A DNA stretch of 64,000 bases from Promethearchaeota archaeon (GTDB taxonomy: Archaea > Asgardarchaeota > Lokiarchaeia > Sigyniarchaeales > SOKP01): the NCBI GenBank assembly GCA_048937405.1, contig JBHLNF010000003.1:192001-256000 (forward strand). Direction: 5' to 3'. This document shows, piece after piece, positions 61,300-64,000 of this stretch. Each line of letters starts with the position of its first letter. Position 1 is the stretch's first letter. The notes beneath the pieces are model-generated. The model had not been told where the DNA came from. It did not search any database and worked only from the letters and a program-made list of their open reading frames with translations. Both the position numbers and the translations under genes were made by a program.

Positions 61300-62307
61300 A
61301 TGGCAAAAAGAGTTGCAATCAACGGTTTTGGGCGTATAGGACGTCTATTTTTCCGAGCTGTTTATGATAATTTCTGGAATGATATTGATATTGTGTCAAT
61401 CAACGATCTTTTTGAACCAAAATATTTGGCGTATGCGTTAAAATATGACTCTGTCTTTGGAAGATTTAAAGGAAAAGTAGAATCTACTGAAAACTCATTG
61501 ATAATTGATGGTAAGAACATACCAATAACTGCTGAGAGAGATCCTGCAGCTTTACCACATGCTAGCAATAATATTGATGTTGCTGTTGAATCTACTGGTC
61601 GATTCGTAAATAGAGAAGGAGCTAGTAAGCATTTAACTGCTGGGGCAAAAAGAGTTTTAATTAGTGCTCCCGCAACAGATCCAGATATTACTGTTGTTCT
61701 TGGATGTAATGATGATAAATTAACAAGTGATCATAAAATTATTTCAAATGCATCTTGTACGACTAATTGTTTAGCTCCCGTAGTAAAAGTTTTACAAGAA
61801 TCTGTAAAAATTAAGTACGGTATAATGACTACAATCCATTCGTATACTAATGATCAATCCACAGCAGATATAGCACGTGCTGGAACTCCAGAGAAAATGA
61901 TCCGAGGAAGAGCTGCCGCAGCCAACATGATCCCAACTTCAACGGGAGCAGCTAAAGCTATTGGATTGGTTTTTCCTGAATTGCAAGGAAAATTAGATGG
62001 AATAGCAATGAGAGTTCCAACTCCAGATGGTAGTGTTGTAGATCTTAAAGCAGTAGTCGAGAATCCAATCTCAGCAGTAGAGATTAATGCAAAGATGAGA
62101 GAAGCAGCTAACGGATCCTTAAAGGGTATCTTAGATTATACCGATGATCCAATAGTAAGTAGTGATATTGTTGGAAATCCTCATAGTTCTGTCTTTAGTA
62201 GCCTCTGGACGAAAGTAATCAATGATGAAGTCTCCGTTTTATCATGGTACGATAATGAATGGGGATTTTCTAACCGTATGGCTGAATTAATCATTAAAAA
62301 GCTATAA
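61300..62307 (+). CDS. gap: Type I (bacterial/eukaryotic-class) glyceraldehyde-3-phosphate dehydrogenase
   Basis: INGFGRIGR, ESTG, ISNASCTTNCLAP, TTIHSYT, STGAAKA, RVPT, SWYDNEWG. Confidence 0.95.
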   Translation: MAKRVAINGFGRIGRLFFRAVYDNFWNDIDIVSINDLFEPKYLAYALKYDSVFGRFKGKVESTENSLIIDGKNIPITAERDPAALPHASNNIDVAVESTGRFVNREGASKHLTAGAKRVLISAPATDPDITVVLGCNDDKLTSDHKIISNASCTTNCLAPVVKVLQESVKIKYGIMTTIHSYTNDQSTADIARAGTPEKMIRGRAAAANMIPTSTGAAKAIGLVFPELQGKLDGIAMRVPTPDGSVVDLKAVVENPISAVEINAKMREAANGSLKGILDYTDDPIVSSDIVGNPHSSVFSSLWTKVINDEVSVLSWYDNEWGFSNRMAELIIKKL

Positions 62308-62459
62308 ATATCTAACTTTTTTAATTCCTTTTTTTATTTTTCGCATTAAAATTAGATTAGAAATAGTTCAAGAAAATCTAAACTTTCTTAATCCAACCTA
62401 AGTTCTTAAAAAATTTTACAATTAAATTTTAAAGTGTTTATATTAAAAAAAAATTGAAT

Positions 62460-63170
62460 TTAAATTTTAATTCTTAACTCTTTTTGCTTTCTCATAAGAA
62501 TAATCAATGAGATAATAGTTATTATAGGAAAAACTAAGAAGATTTCGAAACTTGGAATTCCATTTCCTTCTCCAGATTGAGAGGTAAACATATTTGTGTC
62601 TGTTAATGTAAAAATGAGGGGATTACCTACAGGTCTTTGGAATGTACCATTAATAAGTAGTCCAGTACTCCGTTCATACCAAACTTGAGTTGAATAAATC
62701 ATATCTTCTAAAACCCATATATCTAAACTTCCGAATCCTGGATAATTCACTGTTAATTCGTCAGTAACGTTAAAAGTACGATCGGAGGAACCAACAATTA
62801 CAATTGGTATTAAATCCCCGATAGAAACATCTGTGAATATCCATATTACTGAATGATTCCCATCCCCAAATGCTAATGTGTTAGAATTTGAAATTAGTCG
62901 AGTTTGTATATTTTCAAACCAAGATACCATAGCATCATATTCAGGAACCCTCAGAGTAACATTATATAAATCACCTGAATAATGAGCGTAACTATAATCG
63001 TGACTATAGGTTAATCCAAAGTCATATGTATAATTAGCATACAATCCATCAAAAATTTTTCCTTGAGATGTTCTAAGATTACCTTGTTCTCCAAAACTAT
63101 ATGAAGAAAAAGTCATAAATAGTGAAAAACTTAAAAAAATTATTAAAAAAAATGTTTTTTTCGATTGCAT
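62460..63170 (-). CDS. Secreted surface protein with a Loki-CTERM-like tail; single uncharacterised domain
   Basis: Signal peptide and C-terminal GIPSF + TM + RKQK. The core is homologous to an internal domain of the 15954-20270 peptidase. Confidence 0.75.
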   Translation of the reverse strand: MQSKKTFFLIIFLSFSLFMTFSSYSFGEQGNLRTSQGKIFDGLYANYTYDFGLTYSHDYSYAHYSGDLYNVTLRVPEYDAMVSWFENIQTRLISNSNTLAFGDGNHSVIWIFTDVSIGDLIPIVIVGSSDRTFNVTDELTVNYPGFGSLDIWVLEDMIYSTQVWYERSTGLLINGTFQRPVGNPLIFTLTDTNMFTSQSGEGNGIPSFEIFLVFPIITIISLIILMRKQKELRIKI

Positions 63171-63455
63171 GATTTTTAGATTTCTAAAAAAATTTTATTA
63201 GTTTTATATAAGATTTTCACTTTTAAAAAGACTTCATTTTATTAAAAAGGATTTTACTAAAATTTATTTAGAATAAATTGAACGTGAGAAAATAAATTTC
63301 TGATATAAAGCATGTATTTTGATAAGAAATTTCTAACTCAATTCATAAATTAGATTGTATTTATACTTTGTAATTGATATTAAAATTTAATTAAAGCAAT
63401 AATAAAATCAATAAAAGAATAATACTTTTAAAGCTCTCTAAATAATAATTAAAAC

Positions 63456-64000
63456 ATGGACCTTAGCGCAGGAAAACCTATTGAAATATCAGATAAGAGT
63501 CTTTTCGATAAATATTTTCAAAAATTTCCACCAGACATCTCTGAATTTACTTTCACTAACCTTTTCATGTGGAGGAATTATTATAATTTCTCATTTATCG
63601 TATTTAAGGAACATTTAATCCTATTTTCTTATGATTATTTGAAGAATAGAAGAAAGCCTATTAATACAGACTCAAAAGATTATCTTTATTTTTTTCCTCC
63701 GATTGGTCCAAATCCTGATAAAATCATTCTTGAATTATTTGAAAATCTTGGGAATGTAGAGGTTCATAGGGTTCCAGAAGACATCTGTGAAAAACTAAAG
63801 GAAAGTAAGAAATTTGCCAAATTAAATTTAAAATATCTTGAAGATCGCAATAATTGGGATTATGTACATGATAAAGAAGAAATATTGAATTTAGCGGGAA
63901 ATAAGTATCGGCAAAATAGAAGATGGTTACAGAAATTCAAAAATACCTACAATTACGATTTCCAATTATTATCAGTAGATCTCATTGAAAAATGTAAAGA
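63456..64000 (+). CDS. DUF2156 / phosphatidylglycerol lysyltransferase C-terminal-like domain protein (partial; missed by the ORF track)
   Basis: MDLSAGKPIEISDKSLFDKYF...SEFTFTNLFMW...FFPPIG...DRNNWDYV...LAGNKY. The frame is open to the window edge. Confidence 0.8.
   Translation, partial: MDLSAGKPIEISDKSLFDKYFQKFPPDISEFTFTNLFMWRNYYNFSFIVFKEHLILFSYDYLKNRRKPINTDSKDYLYFFPPIGPNPDKIILELFENLGNVEVHRVPEDICEKLKESKKFAKLNLKYLEDRNNWDYVHDKEEILNLAGNKYRQNRRWLQKFKNTYNYDFQLLSVDLIEKCK

Noticed and set aside
2163-61568. Other short track ORFs nested in or antisense to long genes (e.g. 2163, 4126, 9620, 16978, 35878, 41824, 60648, 61362)
   Set aside because: They overlap well-supported CDSs and lack motifs.

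Overview
AT-rich archaeal DNA that is almost certainly from Lokiarchaeia (Asgard archaea, Promethearchaeota). The evidence is three tandem Rab-like GTPases, a Loki-type profilin, Loki-CTERM-like sorting tails, GGTGA/GTGA Shine-Dalgarno motifs, and selenoproteins with a eukaryote-like 3' SECIS. Main points: (1) Two single-pass membrane receptors have unrelated ectodomains (a beta-helix/CARDB one and a family-5 solute-binding one) but closely related cytoplasmic TIR domains that keep the NADase-type Glu. This is a Toll-like topology. One receptor converges on a cytoplasmic LRR protein, and both of those carry a PCI-like domain. (2) The ORF track breaks up an hdrA-mvhD selenoprotein operon: it has four in-frame UGA codons and one visible eukaryote-type SECIS, only 20 nt after mvhD's own UGA stop. 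(3) Three chemoreceptor-like genes have variable membrane parts and near-identical signalling halves, and two sit in a chimeric tandem duplication with gene-fragment scars. (4) Other notable genes are a profilin with a C-terminal extension, an HdrD-like protein with a GltD-like module inserted, two gingipain-like (C25) surface proteases, a degenerate RelA/SpoT-TPR protein and an unannotated ATT-initiated double desulforedoxin-like mini-protein. The rest is metabolic or housekeeping (AOR, HypB, type I GAPDH, SDRs, GNATs, methyltransferases, a SNF2/RapA helicase). I saw no rRNA, tRNA, CRISPR array or transposase. All family calls are by-eye motif recognition, not database searches.
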